Positions 11,394-24,456 of a DNA stretch of 64,000 nucleotides are shown here, in pieces. The position numbers and the translations under genes were made by a program. The DNA comes from Vermamoeba vermiformis. Its lineage: Eukaryota. The notes beneath the pieces are model-generated. The model searched no databases. It was not told the origin of the DNA and saw nothing but the letters and a program-made list of their open reading frames with translations. The DNA lies in the NCBI GenBank assembly GCA_045837725.1, contig JBEWZL010000266.1, positions 558,001 to 622,000 of the forward strand, in the 5' to 3' direction. The number at the start of each line of letters is the position of its first letter. Position 1 is the stretch's first letter.

Positions 11394-11435
11394 CAATAAA
11401 TATTTTAAATTTCATTGATCAATACTTTGAAACTA
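11394..11435 (-). repeat. Right terminal inverted repeat and right target-site duplication (AACTA)
   Basis: CAATAAA at 11394-11400, TIR core at 11410-11430 and AACTA at 11431-11435. Confidence 0.8.
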
Positions 11436-11443
11436 TTTTATAT

Positions 11444-13480
11444 TTACAACTTTACTTTTGAGGTAGTGTCAGGTGCGTACAAAGTAATAAATAATACAGC
11501 TAAGTAACTGATCGCGAAATCGACTGCCGCTTTTTTGTTCCATTGTCGAATTGTTGTCGACAACGCTTCCAAGTTCTGCAATGACACCATGAATGCATTA
11601 TGGACCATCATGATGACTCCTAGCATCAGATATAATCCGGTGTTGTACGCTAAGACCGTAAATATTTTTCCGGATCTGATGACTTTCACATTCAAGTTCC
11701 AATCGAGCATAAATATTACTAGTAGTGACGAGAAAACTATTATGTGCTTAGCATAGCGATGATTTTTGTTGTATAAATCGAGTACCATGAAGAAATAACC
11801 AATGCATCCAAGAGCGGATCCGAACAAAAATCCGAGCTCCCATGTACCATAGTTATAATAAAGCACCAAGAACGATGCGAATACTGATCCTGCTACCAAG
11901 AACACTCTTCGACGCGGTCGATCAATGGTGTTATAATTATTAATTCGATATTGATCGAAAAGTAATCCAATCATCACCAACACCAAAGATAGCACTGAAA
12001 TAACCGCAAAGATTAAATTGACCCAGTAATGGACTGACGAATTCAACTTCCAATAGTCGTTGAGCAAGCACGGTATAAATAATGCTCCCATAATGTTAAA
12101 TAGTGATCGATCCAAAGACAACCCTACAAAAAAATTAAATTAATACCATATTGTCATTTGTATTCTTATATTACCGATTATGCGGTAAATAAACAAAAAT
12201 AATTTTCAATTGCAGAATTTTTATTAAAAACGGATCATGAAACGTACCTAACCAGGGTGATTTTTCGTTGATATAACGAACTCGATGAATTTTTGTAAAG
12301 CCGTACGACTGCAGATTCATTTCAGCCAAGTCTACGAAGAACTCGCAGTCAGCGTTGTGTTTGAAGGTGAAGTACGGAGGCATCAGTTTTTTGCGCACTG
12401 AAAAGCCGAGAATGTAGTCGTCACGGTCAGGGATTTTGTTGTTGATTGGTTCAAAGACCCATTCGTCCTTCAAACTTGGCAGCGTTTTGGCACGAAATTT
12501 CACCAACCACCTGTAAAAAAAACATTCAAGTTAAACCTTAAGAACGCCTACACGTGATAGTCTCGAAATATATTATGTCATTACTCGTAGCAATAAAATA
12601 TATAATAATTAAGGATAAAAAATAAAAGAAACTAATGTTAATCAAAAATTTTCGTACTTATGCATTGGATGCGGCATTTTTCTATCGAGCGGAATATCTA
12701 GTGCTTTTTGAATGTACTGCGCGGTATTAAAATCAACATCGATCAATTTCTTGCCAAGTTTTCGCGCCAAAAGTTGATCTTGGTGCTTCCATTCCGGATC
12801 GTACGATTCCTGCCATAAAATTAAATATTAATACGTAGTTAACTATTAAACATCAATTGCTATTATGGATGCATTGTTTAAGACACGTACGGGATATTCA
12901 AGCCAATTTAATTTTTCCAAGAGTAATTCGCGGCGATTGTAGTTCCAGTTTTCTAATAATTCGTACGGATCTATCCTCCAAGTAGTACTATATATGGAAA
13001 TTTAATATATAAATTGAATTAACCTCTTAGGAATTCGAGCGATCCGGATCTAGTATCAGCAGCTACTTACTCGAAAGTGAAGAAGCGATTGCGGAACTGC
13101 TCGCTTGATGTGATATACCGCCAGTATTTATTGACATTAGAGCACTTAAGAAGCGATTCATAATCCAGGTTGAAGAAGATGTGCTCGAGAATTTCCTGAA
13201 CGAAAAATATTTGCTTTAATTACGCACGAAAAAATTGGCTAACAATTTGCTGTTAATTAAGTAGCTTCAAGTAACCAAAACATTGGTGTATTAATTTTTT
13301 TAAAATTGGTAAGACCAAATTTAAATTATTGATCTGCAACCAAAGACCTACCGGAGGCAAAACTTGATCAATCAACCCATCTGATGGATATGCTGGTCTT
13401 TTGATTTGTGCTACTATTCGTCCAATCAGCTTTGTCACGAATAACGCTGTAATTCCCAAGATCAACGACAACGTCCACAT
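11444..13480 (-). CDS. Membrane-anchored F-box protein with C-terminal multi-TM domain, paralog 1
   Basis: MWTLSLILGITALFV (TM), then YPSDGLIDQVLPP/EILEHIFFNLDYESLLKCSNVNKYW (F-box-like), a soluble domain (LLARKLGKKLIDVDFN, WLVKFR) and about 6 hydrophobic helices. Confidence 0.8.
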
Positions 13481-13630
13481 GATCTCCTCGCTCAAGAAAG
13501 ACGGTTATGAACACAAATTAATATACGCTACCTATTGTTGCTTTTTTATCTACATTTGTAAAAGATTGTCCGTTTTACAAATGATAATATTTTGGACCGG
13601 TCAATTCACACACGAGCACGCGGATCGGAG

Positions 13631-16237
13631 TTAGTCTTGCGGCTGATCTTGGTGAGGGTACTGAGCATAAATATCGGTCCATGTAATATGGTCGTTGATC
13701 AACTGCCACAACACGTTGGCAACTTCTTCGATCTGAGAAGTAAGGTTTGTGTCAACAACTGTCATTAGCCATATAATCCCATATAAATACTTACACCAAT
13801 GCGAATTTGGTCCGTTGAATCACGTTCACGAAGCGTGACAGTGTTGTCATTCAGTGTGTCGAAGTCGACGGTGAGACAGAAGGGGACACCAAGCTCGTCA
13901 GTTCTCGCGTATCTATCACCATTCAAATTAATTTGACAGCCTTAGATTAATATGATAGTCTTAGATATGACTTGCATATTGACTTTTACCTTCGACCGAG
14001 ATAGCCGCTCTCGTCAGTCTTGCTCGAGATACCACGAGCAGTTAAGAGTTGAGCTAATTTTGAGCTATATTAGACCCCTGCTTAATAACGACATTCACGT
14101 GCTCATGACTTACATAACTTGTAGATGACAGGAGTGAATTGAACGTGTTGACTGATAGGCAAAATACAACACTTGATGGGTGCAACAAGAGGCTTAATAG
14201 CCAACACAGCGCGATGTTCATCGCCTTCGCGCACGTAATACGCGTGCTCGAGCAAACAGTACACAATGCGGCCAATACCGAATGCAGGTTCGATGACGGA
14301 TGGCATGACATTTCGGCCTGTAATCTTCTTTTGGACCTTTTGGAGCTTGATCATAGCGTGGGTGACTTTTAAGCCTTTAATGGTCGGCTCACTAAACGAG
14401 AAGTGAGTACGAGGCGTGAGAAGTATTTGAACTTACGGATCCGCTTCGAATTTGGCCAAGAGTTGAGCCAGCTCTTCTTGGTCGTTTTGAATGTTATCTA
14501 AGTACGCGACCAAAGCGTTGGCTGCACCCTGATAAGCGGCTCTGATACTCTTCTTATCGACTTCCATTTCAATAGCCTCGATCATTTTCTACCGAAACGT
14601 TAGTACTTTGAAACCACCAACTCGTACACGACTTACAGGACCATCAGGGAACTCGACAAACGCTACAAGAGACTCACCAGAGTGCTCGCTATGCACACTC
14701 AAATCGTGTGTGGATCTGTCAGCAATACCCACACATTCAATCCAACCCTGTTAGTCAAAATGTCAGTCATAACGTGTCAAGGGTGTGTGACGTACGTAAG
14801 AAGTTTCAATTTCCGCGTCCCAACAGTCACAGGCGTAGAAAGCCATTTCAGTCTTCAAGTGCTGTCTGAATCTTAGCCGTGCAGGGTCAATACCGATCTT
14901 CAACAAAAACAAGTGCACACGTGCAATGAAGTAACCGAGGGTCTCGCTGTTGACAACACCTTGGGCCACCATATCACCGATAGTACTAAGAACGGGGTCC
15001 TTGTTCTCGAGTTGTAAGTCCCGAGGTAAGAATCGTATCACAGTGTCCGCGACCGCGCTGAACTTGGCGTGGTTCTTTTGGTCTGGCAAAACGAAGTGTT
15101 CGATTTCAGCGAGGGTAAATTCTCTGCGCAAGTGTCAAAACCGAGATAAATTTAGATATATTTGCGTTGACGTACCTAACACGCAACAAGCCAGAACGAG
15201 GAGCAATTTCGTTTCGGAAGGCAGGACCGATCTGCGCAGCAGCGAACGGCAGTTTGCCGTTGTTGTACTCCAACAAACGCTTGAAATTGACGAACATGCC
15301 TTGTGCAGTCTCGGGGCGGAGGTAACTAATAATAAAATTGATAAAATTAACAAAATTGCACGAGTGTTAATGTAATCGTGCGACGTACCCAGGAATTTTG
15401 CCAGTAGGACCGATTTGAGTGGAGAACATCAAATTAAATGGTTTGGACTCGCTCAAGGTGTTGCCAGTTTTAGGAGCCTTTATATTGTAAGCTTTAATCA
15501 TCGCATCCAACTCGGCAGCGGAAAGCAGATCGACCTTGACTCGATCCATCTCCAATTTTTCTTGATCGGCTGGTTTAATATATTTCTTTTTGAGCAATTT
15601 ATCGATGTGCTCCTTGACTAAATGATCAGCTCTGAAGCTCTCACCAGTCTGGTCGTCACGAACAAGCAGATCGCTAAAATTGGCAACGTGGCCAGATGCA
15701 CTAAATTAGCGTTAAAAATTAGCTTAAAAATTCGACAAAATATAATATTGTAAATAACCTACATTAAAACGGGTGCTGGAGTTAAAGCACTGCACTCGAT
15801 CTCAAAAATGTTGTCTTCCAAAATGAAGAATTGCCTCCAAAAATTAAGCACGTTGGTTTTAACAGCGCTACCTGGAGGACCGTAATCGTACAGACCCTTA
15901 ACACCTGAAATAATAAAGTCAGAAACAAAAAAATTGAAAAAAAAACCAATAATTTGAATTTAATTATTTTACAAATAAAAGCGCTATATAATAGCTATTA
16001 GTAATTTCCGTAGCTGCATGTTAGTAAAAAAAATTATTTACTTACCACCGTAAATTTCAAAAGATTGGGCTATGAAGAATCTTCTTCGGAGAAGCTCATC
16101 GAACATCAATCGATCGAAGGCTTTCTCTTTCTTAGCGACCTAATTATAATTTAATTTAATATTAAACGGTTATTAAACTCGAGTTTAACAGAGCACCCAG
16201 ATCAGCTTACCTTCGCTTTCTTATCGTTTTTCTCCAT
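13631..16237 (-). CDS. GARS: Glycyl-tRNA synthetase (eukaryotic alpha2 type), multi-exon
   Basis: [64 protein letters not shown] and [11 protein letters not shown]. Confidence 0.97.
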
Positions 16238-16668
16238 TGTATATTAATGAATGCCATTCAGTCCTCGTAGTTAATATAAAAAACTTTCTATCTGAGTTTT
16301 TTAACAAAATTCCGTCGCTTCCCTCGATGAAATTTGACAGCCAAACGTTTATTTTGACGGGCAAACTTTGTACAACCACTCGCTGACTATTATGCGGTAA
16401 GGTAGCAATATTAAGCGATTATTCTCGAAAATTACCTTGCGCCGACATTTACAACCCAGCGTCGGATCGGTATGGCTAGATCCAGATAAATTTCCAGCTG
16501 GCTTATCTAATTGCTGTAACGAAGTATAAACAATATTAAGGGCTATTGGTGTATCGCATACAAATTGGTGGCGTCGGATCTCCACCAAATAGAGTGTTCA
16601 CAACAAAAATTCAAGCTCCGTCCAATAGAAGCCTGAATTTTATTTCTGCTTCGTTCGCTTTCATAGAA

Positions 16669-18583
16669 TTAAATCGCCAGTTTTGCCGACGTTTCGGGTG
16701 CCGCTAAAGTGATGTACACTAAGCTTGCCATGCCGAAAAGGCAATAGGTCTTCATAGATGTTTTATCCAAAGTACGGAACATATTTTTGACGAACGGCTC
16801 GGAGTTGACGAATGATTCATGAATCCCCATGACTATAATTAGCAGCGCTCCAAATAATAAGTATAATAGCAAATTATATCCAAACGTTGCAAAAATTTGT
16901 CGGGATCCGATAATCAGTCTCCAATCGATTGTCAGTAGGACCAGTATTGATGATAGTCCAATGAAATACTTCGCATATTGATGATTTTTGATAACCAAGT
17001 CCTGGAGCAGTAGGAAGTAAATCAAGATGAAATAAATACATCCGCACAAAAATGCAATCTCCAACGCCCAATTGTAGAAGTATAATACGGGCAATAATAC
17101 TGCCAGCGATATTGCCATTAGAGACGATCCACGGCGTCCGTTTTGTTTTCGGTGTTGTTTGAATGCACTGAGTGTAACGATTCCTGTTAAACCAACTGTG
17201 CTACCAACGATTATAGTAGCGAATACTAAATGGATCCAATATTTCGTTGACGGATTTAGCTGCCAGTAATCAACGAGCAGACAAGGCGCGAAGAGTCCGC
17301 AACCAATGTTGAACAACATGTAATCTAAGACAAATGAGTAACGGTTTAAAAGTCGATATTAATATAACGCTATTATAATAATAGATATTATTATTAGTAA
17401 TTATTATGGATAAAAAGGAGGTTTGAGCTAATTTTTGCAAAATTTTATACCATTATTTTATAATTAGTCACGGAACTTACCGAGCCACGGCGACTTGTCG
17501 TTGATATACCTAATTTGGTATACTTTTGAGAATCGTGACGAGTACTGTTTGACGTCAGCCAAGTCAACAATGAGCTCACACTCAACGTTGGTTCTAAAAG
17601 CGATGTTCTTGGGAATACTTCGTCGTTCGATCTCTAAAAATCTCGACCCCTTTTCAGTGCTGAAACGCCAATGATTGTCGGAATATGTGTTAGGCTTGCA
17701 ACGAAATTTCACCAGCCACCTGGTAAAAACGTTCTTAATAAAATAAACCGTAGAAAGCGGATTTGAAATTTGAAATTTACATAGACGATGGAGGCCCTTG
17801 ACTCTCAAGTGGTATATTTAGTGCTTCTGCAATATATATAGCGCTGTTGAAATCAACGTCAACGAGTTTCTTGCCGAGTTTTCGCGCCAAAAGTTGATCG
17901 TGGAGCTTCCATTCTGGATCGTACGATTTCTGCCGTACTTAGTTAGTATCCATTAGTAATTAAGGAATCCTTTTGATTTACACTAAAAATAAATATTATA
18001 AAGCTTACGTTGTATTCGAGCCAGTTTAAACTTTTAGGATCAAAGGAACGACGGTTGTGATTCCAATTCTTTAATAATTCGTGCGGATCTATCCTCCAAG
18101 TTTTGCTAAAAATGAAAAAATCAACATTAAGCAAATGCAACGTTCCAACAAAAGAGATCTAATCCGAATCGGACACTTACTCGGTGTTACACAGTCGATT
18201 TCGAAGCTGCTTGTCCGATGCAATGTATCGCCAATATTTATTAACACTATGGCACGTTATCAATGACTCATAGTCGGTATTGATGAAGATCTGCTCCAGT
18301 ATTTCCTAAAAAGATTTTAACTTCAGTTCGAAGGCACCACAAAATATATTAATATTAATTATCATAATTAATGAGGTAATAAAATTCAGGAGATGTAGAA
18401 TCCATTTAAAATATTAATTTAAAAATTAAATTGGACGAACCAATCACAAAGACCTACTGGAGGGAGAACCTGATCAATTAATGCTTCTGATGGATAGACC
18501 GCCGGCTTTGTCCGTACAGAGCTCTGTATTATCGTAGTCATAACGAACGCAATAACACACAAAATCAACGCCAATGTCCACAT
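16669..18583 (-). CDS. Membrane-anchored F-box protein with C-terminal multi-TM domain, paralog 2
   Basis: MWTLALILCVIAFV...YPSEALIDQVLPP, with the same exon layout and motifs as paralog 1. The C-terminal TM exon ends ..AAPETSAKLAI. Confidence 0.8.
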
Positions 18584-18788
18584 CCGATTGAAATTAGTGA
18601 AGCTACTCGATTATATTGTAAAACTATTCGTTAGTTCATGAGTGTATTTTAATCATAAAGATTCCATTAAAAGAATTTTCGGGCGGGTTGAAGAAACCAC
18701 TGTGGTCCGCAAAAATCCATTCTTTTTTTATTTTCGAAACACAAACCCAACAATTCTGACGCTGCATTGTAACCTTGCACGATTGTCT

Positions 18789-20719
18789 ATGCTGCGAATT
18801 CTTTCTTTCCCAAAGGCGAAAGATCTTTGTTCTGTTGTAGTGGACTTGTTGGCTCTACGCAAACCGGGCAATAGACAATTTGGTACTAGGTACGTCATTT
18901 TACCTGCTTTAATTCACTATAATTAGGTTTTATAACTTACAAACAATTGTCATACAGGTCTAACATTTCTCGTTCTAGATCTCCAACGCAGAAACCAAGG
19001 GATTTACGCACCACAAGATCAGTTTCTAGTAAATTATTTCGTATTTTAATTTAAAACTAATATTATAGCAGCCTTATTGTGCAATAATAGTTTAATTGGT
19101 CTGAGTTCGCTCAAGCCACTTTTCCTTTATCAATGCTACTCGGCCAAAGCTGCAAATGAAGATGATTCAATCAAAATAAACTACAAAACAAGGAAACGTA
19201 CGTTATGTATTCAAAGGCCAAAAAAAAAAATCATTTGCAGACAATTTGTAATCATTGAGTAATTTTGCTTTCGTTAGCTCTCAGATGGACTGAAACAGAT
19301 GTAATTGAGTGGGCAAAGTCAGAGCTTCAATTTTCTAATGAAGATCTTGCTGCCCTTAAATGTTGTTGTTCTCCACTGGATGGTAGCCACTTGTTGAAAA
19401 CCTCAATACAAGACCTTGTTGAGGCAGGAGTTGCTGGTGGTTTGGCTGGACAACTGCTGGATGAACTCATGATAGCAAATGCACCTGCAATCTGTGAACT
19501 TTTGCCACGTGATGCTGAAGAGTTTCAGTACTTAACTAATGAAGAGAGAATGAGAGCAAGCATCAACACCTTCAAGCCCCTGCCTCAAATTGGGCACTTT
19601 GCACCTGTGAAAGGCTATACTAGTTCAACACACATCTTCATCACAGAAGAGCAATATAAGGTTTGGAAAATGTACTTTGACAACAGCAATGCAAACTCCA
19701 CAAAGTTACTTGTACCTTCTGGCCCATACAGAATTGGCAAATCTGGCATTGGGTATCTGGTTGCTCTAACTGCTTATCTTTTAAAGAAACCACTGTTTTA
19801 TTATGTAAGTTACAACTTAAGCAACCTTTTACTCATTGAGTTTAAGCCAAACTGCAGCAAAGTGATAACAAAGAAAAACATGGAAGAAGTGCTACTTCTA
19901 TGGAACAAAGATCTTATGGATACAAATCCAGATCTAACAGCAGCTCTTACAACTCTGCAAATTGATGAAACAACTGGTGCCTCTGCATTTTGGTCTGCTT
20001 TCACAGGAATACCTGGAGCTGTAATCATATTTGATGAGCACAATGAGTTGTACAGGATGCAAGAATACTCTAAAGCATGGTACAGCATTTACACATCCTT
20101 TCAGACATTTCAAGTAAGGCCATTCAAAGGTGCTAAAGTGTTAACTAATTGCTTCAACCAGGCAGCAAACTTTGTGTCATTCATTGGTTCAGCACACTCA
20201 AAACTTCCTGATGGATACAGAAACAGTGCAATTTACTTGCAGCCTGAACATTTGAGAAGTAAAAATTTTATTAAAATTTAATTTTTTATTTAGCCATTGA
20301 GTGATTTCTTGTGGGAAAAACTGCCAGGAAAAACTCAAGACAACAAATTGAGGAAGTTATATTCAGCTGTTGGAGGAGTCTATCATCTTCTTTTGGAGCT
20401 GCATGAGCATATGAAAAGAGGACTCTCATTTGACAGTTTTCTTATTTCTCTGAAAACAACTTATTCCAATCGCTTGGAGCAGTCAGAAAAAGAATTTCTT
20501 GGGCATGATAAGGAATATTTCTTAGCCTTCTTGAAGTCCATTGCCAACCACAATGCACATTTCATCACACTGGAGGCCAAAGAAGCCTCAGTAATGTATT
20601 ATGATTGTGGAATGGTGTATATCAAATGTAACTCAGTCTTTCCTGTTAACGATACAGCTCTTGCTGTAATCAAGGCCAAAGCCAAAGGAGCAACTGTTTT
20701 GATTGACAGCACCCTTTAA
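18789..20719 (+). CDS. SAM-like domain + P-loop NTPase (Crinkler/STAND-like), 5' end uncertain
   Basis: SAM-like WTETDVIEWAK...LDGSHLL..SIQDLVEAGV, Walker A GPYRIGKS, Walker B IIFDEHNEL and GSAHS. Putative introns at about 19805-19846, 20113-20161 and 20259-20293. The core from about 19278 is well supported; upstream exons are tentative. Confidence 0.65.
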
Positions 20720-20764
20720 TTCCATTATAGCCATGTTATTCTACATTCTATTTACATTAGTGTG

Positions 20765-22556
20765 CTATTTCAGCACTTTTTGCATAGATTCAGGTGCAAA
20801 TAAAGTGATGAATGGAACAGTTGCAAGAAAAAATCGAACATAATCTTTGGCTACTTGCATCTTCCATGGAACTGTGTTTTGTGTTGGCTGCAGCCAATCT
20901 ATAACACCATGATAAATTGCAAAAAGTAAGCCAAAAAGCAAATATAATGTAGTGTTGTAGAGTAGAGTATAATAGATTTTTCCTGATCCAATTGCTCTTA
21001 CCACCAGTTTCCAATCAAGTGTTAATATCACTAGCAGGGCTGAAATTATTGCTACGTGCTTTGCATAGGGATGATTCTTGGCACGTAAGTCGTCAATTGT
21101 AAAATAGTATGCAACACAGCGAATGACACATCCAAGTAAAAATCCAATTTCCAGCATCCAATTGTAGAAATAGCACAATGCCAATACGAGTGTTATCAAC
21201 ATGAATAGAATATCTGCACGCCTTCTGACTTGTTGTGCGTGTCCATCCAAGAGATTCACAACGCCAGCGAATACTATCCCACCAGTAACAAGCAGAGCGA
21301 CGACCAAATTGATCCAGAAATGGAGTGAAGAATTCAATTGCCAATAATCAGCCAGTAGACACGGTGAAAACAATCCCACGCCAATGTTAATTAAGGAATA
21401 GTCCCATGGCAGTCCTGCAAACAAAAATTAGAACCAAGGAGTTGATAGGAACTCCGTACCTAACCATCCAAGGTTTTTCTTATTCAGATATCGCAGTCGA
21501 TGGACCTTCTGAAACTGTTCAGAACTCACGTCGGTCAAATCAACGATGAGCTCGCATTCAGCGTCGTGTTCAAAGGTGATGTTGTTTGGTATTGCGTGTC
21601 GTTCTATTATCAGTTCCACTTCTTCAATCCAATATGCGCCTTTGTGAATTGAATCAAAAAACCACTTCGAGGCATCGTAGCGCTGCGTTTTGCAGCGAAA
21701 TTTTGCGAGCCACCTGAAAGTTTTGCATTAGCGATTAATGTGGACGAAATTAAACTTACTTCGTGTTAGGAGGTTGCAAAGCTTCATCGAGTGAGACGTC
21801 CAATGCCGTTCTGATGTATTTAGCGCTGTTCAAATCGACATCGACAAGTTTCTTGCCGAGCCTTCGCGCCAAAAGTCGGTCTTGATGATGCCATTCTGGT
21901 TTGTAGTTTTCCTTTACAATTTTATAAATATTTAATATGATGTAACCCTATATGATTGGCTCTATAAGTCTTATTCTAAAAAGACTTACCGGATAATCAA
22001 GCCACGTTAATTGTGTAAGATCAAATTCGCGATAATAATTGTAGTTCCAGTTTTCTAATAACTCGTGCGGATCTGGTCTCGAAATGTTGCTTTTTTGAAG
22101 TATTAGAGGGACGTGAAATACCATGGGATTCTTACCTGTTCTGGCAAACTTGATTTCGCAGTTTCTTGTTTGAGCTAAGATAATTCCAGTATTTATTGAC
22201 CTGATTGCACGCTATAAGTGCCTCATAGTCCAAATTGACGAAGATCTGCTCGATTATTTCCTGATCCAAAAATTCATTTCGTTAGAAATGCACTTAAAAA
22301 TCGGAGATAATTTAAAACTAACAGAATAGCTAGATTTAATTCTATGGTTGGTCAATTCGATTTTTCAAATGCAGTGGTGCCAATATAAAATTAATGTAAA
22401 TTTGGTTCCGCATTATAAATAACTTACCGACGGAAGAAGTTGGTCAATAAACGCTGTTGAAGGGTATACTGGCTTTTTTATGCTACTAAATACGCTTTCT
22501 ATTGCCTTTGTCACTATAAAACCGGCGATGCCTAAAAGTAAGACCAAAGTCCACAT
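20765..22556 (-). CDS. Membrane-anchored F-box protein with C-terminal multi-TM domain, paralog 3
   Basis: MWTLVLLLGIAGFIV...FIDQLLPS/EIIEQIFVNLDYEALIACNQVNKYW, with the same downstream exons as paralogs 1 and 2. Confidence 0.8.
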
Positions 22557-22687
22557 TAAGCTTATAATCGTGCCTACACTTGTTTTAATTCAACTTGTCA
22601 ATATATGAATGCGCACATAAGCGTGTTCATCAGGAAAAAATAATTTACGTAAAGAAATTTTTGAACATCCGTTTTTATTATTTTAAG

Positions 22688-24456
22688 TTATAACATAACA
22701 AGATTTGGCAATTGACTTAAATTTTCTGAACTAGCTCCTTTGAATGTCAAATAATGTAATTTCGTAAATAAAGGCAAATAAATGCCCGTCATACTCGTGC
22801 TTGTTTTTTGTATTTTGAGGCTAGAAAGGTTCGTCATCATTGCGAGATTTAGCAGTTCCTTATCATCGCTGAGCTCATATAGATCCAAATAATTTAAATT
22901 CGTCAATGCTGTCAAGTAATTAATCGCGTCGCTCGAAACGGCAGTCAGATCCAAGTGCATTAACTTAGTAAGATTCTTCAAATATGACATTTTCCGATAA
23001 GTCTTGTCTTCCTCTTCGTCACTAACAAGCGATAGATGCGTCAAATTTGTTAAACAGCCAAATCCTTCGAAGGCGGCTGCGCAGATCTGTAGATCCATCT
23101 TTTCCAAGTTTGTCAACGGAGATAGATTGACCGGCATTGCTGTCGTTGTCACTTGTCCATAAAGTAATGAGCGTAATTTCGTTAGTTTTGGCAAGTACGG
23201 CAACAAGAAGCTGTCATCTTGGTCAAACATTCCATAAAAGCCTAAATTGGTCAAGTTGGTCAGCACAAGCACGTGATGATCGCAACTAGTGTTCATTATT
23301 GACAATTCGTGAATAGATCCGAGTCGAGACAGGTACTGCCAGTCCACTTTATCATGCAATGACACTCCAATCAATAGCGTTATTTTACTCGACGTGATAT
23401 GTTTGAGAATTGGATTCTCTCGCTCTTCCGGGCCCATTATTCCGCCGTCTAACCACAGCCGCTCTAACCCAGTGAGACGCGACATAAACTCCATGTTCTT
23501 CACGACTTTGAGTTCTCCGAGGTCTTTGAGCTGCGGCAAATAAGCGAACATTTGTTGATCTCGTTCAGTGAATGTTTTTCGCTCGAGCAACGTCAATCGC
23601 GAACAATTTTCTGCGTCAGCGATCGGAATGCTAGAACGGAGTGATTCGAGAGCTGTCAAATGCCTCAATGATAGTGATCTGTCTGCTGCATAATTTCGAT
23701 TGTTGGCTACAATGAACTCGAATTTCTTTAAGCGCCGAAGTCTGTACAAATCTGCGTCGGTCCAGTTAGCGACGAAGCTGTGATCTACTCTGAGCCAAGT
23801 GAGCTTTGAATGGGCCTCTGTAATGCTCTCGAAAGGATTGTCGATGGAGGTAAATGACTGCATGAGTAACTCTCTGAGATTCGTCAATGTTGAAATGACA
23901 CCTGTCAAGTCGCGCCAGAGTGCTTTTTCGTTCACGCTGAATCGGATATTCAATGTCTCTATTTTCGTTAACTTCTGCCAAACACGATATGACGCCTCTT
24001 GCATAATATTGTAAGAAAGGAACTTCAAGTTTGTCAGGCGGGTGAAGCTCCAAAGCAATTCTGTGGTAACGCCGTCGATCCAACGAGCATCGAAGCTCGT
24101 CAAATTTGTTAAACGAGTTAACTGCTCTACTATGTCTGACAAATTTCTCATGACATTCTTCTTGAAGCTGATCGATATTGGCCTTTCATACTTCTCGAAT
24201 CTGTCTCCGATCTGCTTCCACTCCGATTTTTTTGTTAAATATAGCGTAAAATGATTATAATCAATCAAATTAAACCATAGTAAGCTCGCTAATCTAAGTT
24301 GCCGCTTTTCTTTGTCCGCTAAGTGAAAAATAACTAATTGCTTGATTTCTATCGGCAGATCTTCCTAATGAATAAATATTACCACCATTTTTGTAAATTA
24401 ATACTTGCATAATTTTTGGAATTATTTGACGCATTGTTTTTGCAAGATCTTACCAT
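22688..24456 (-). CDS. F-box + leucine-rich-repeat protein
   Basis: Probable ATG-only first exon, then EDLPIEIKQLVIFHL..LRLASLLW (F-box) and many LTNLxxL repeats in a single long exon. Confidence 0.85.

Larger units (their letters stand above)
8612..11430. mobile_element. Two-ORF DNA transposon of the Transib/RAG1(-CMC) lineage, 2,819 bp
   Basis: Left end TCAAAGTATTTATAAATGAAA versus reverse complement of right end TCAAAGTATTGATCAATGAAA (19/21). AACTA flanks both sides (8607-8611, 11431-11435). Contains two intronless divergent ORFs, one a DDE transposase. Confidence 0.85.
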
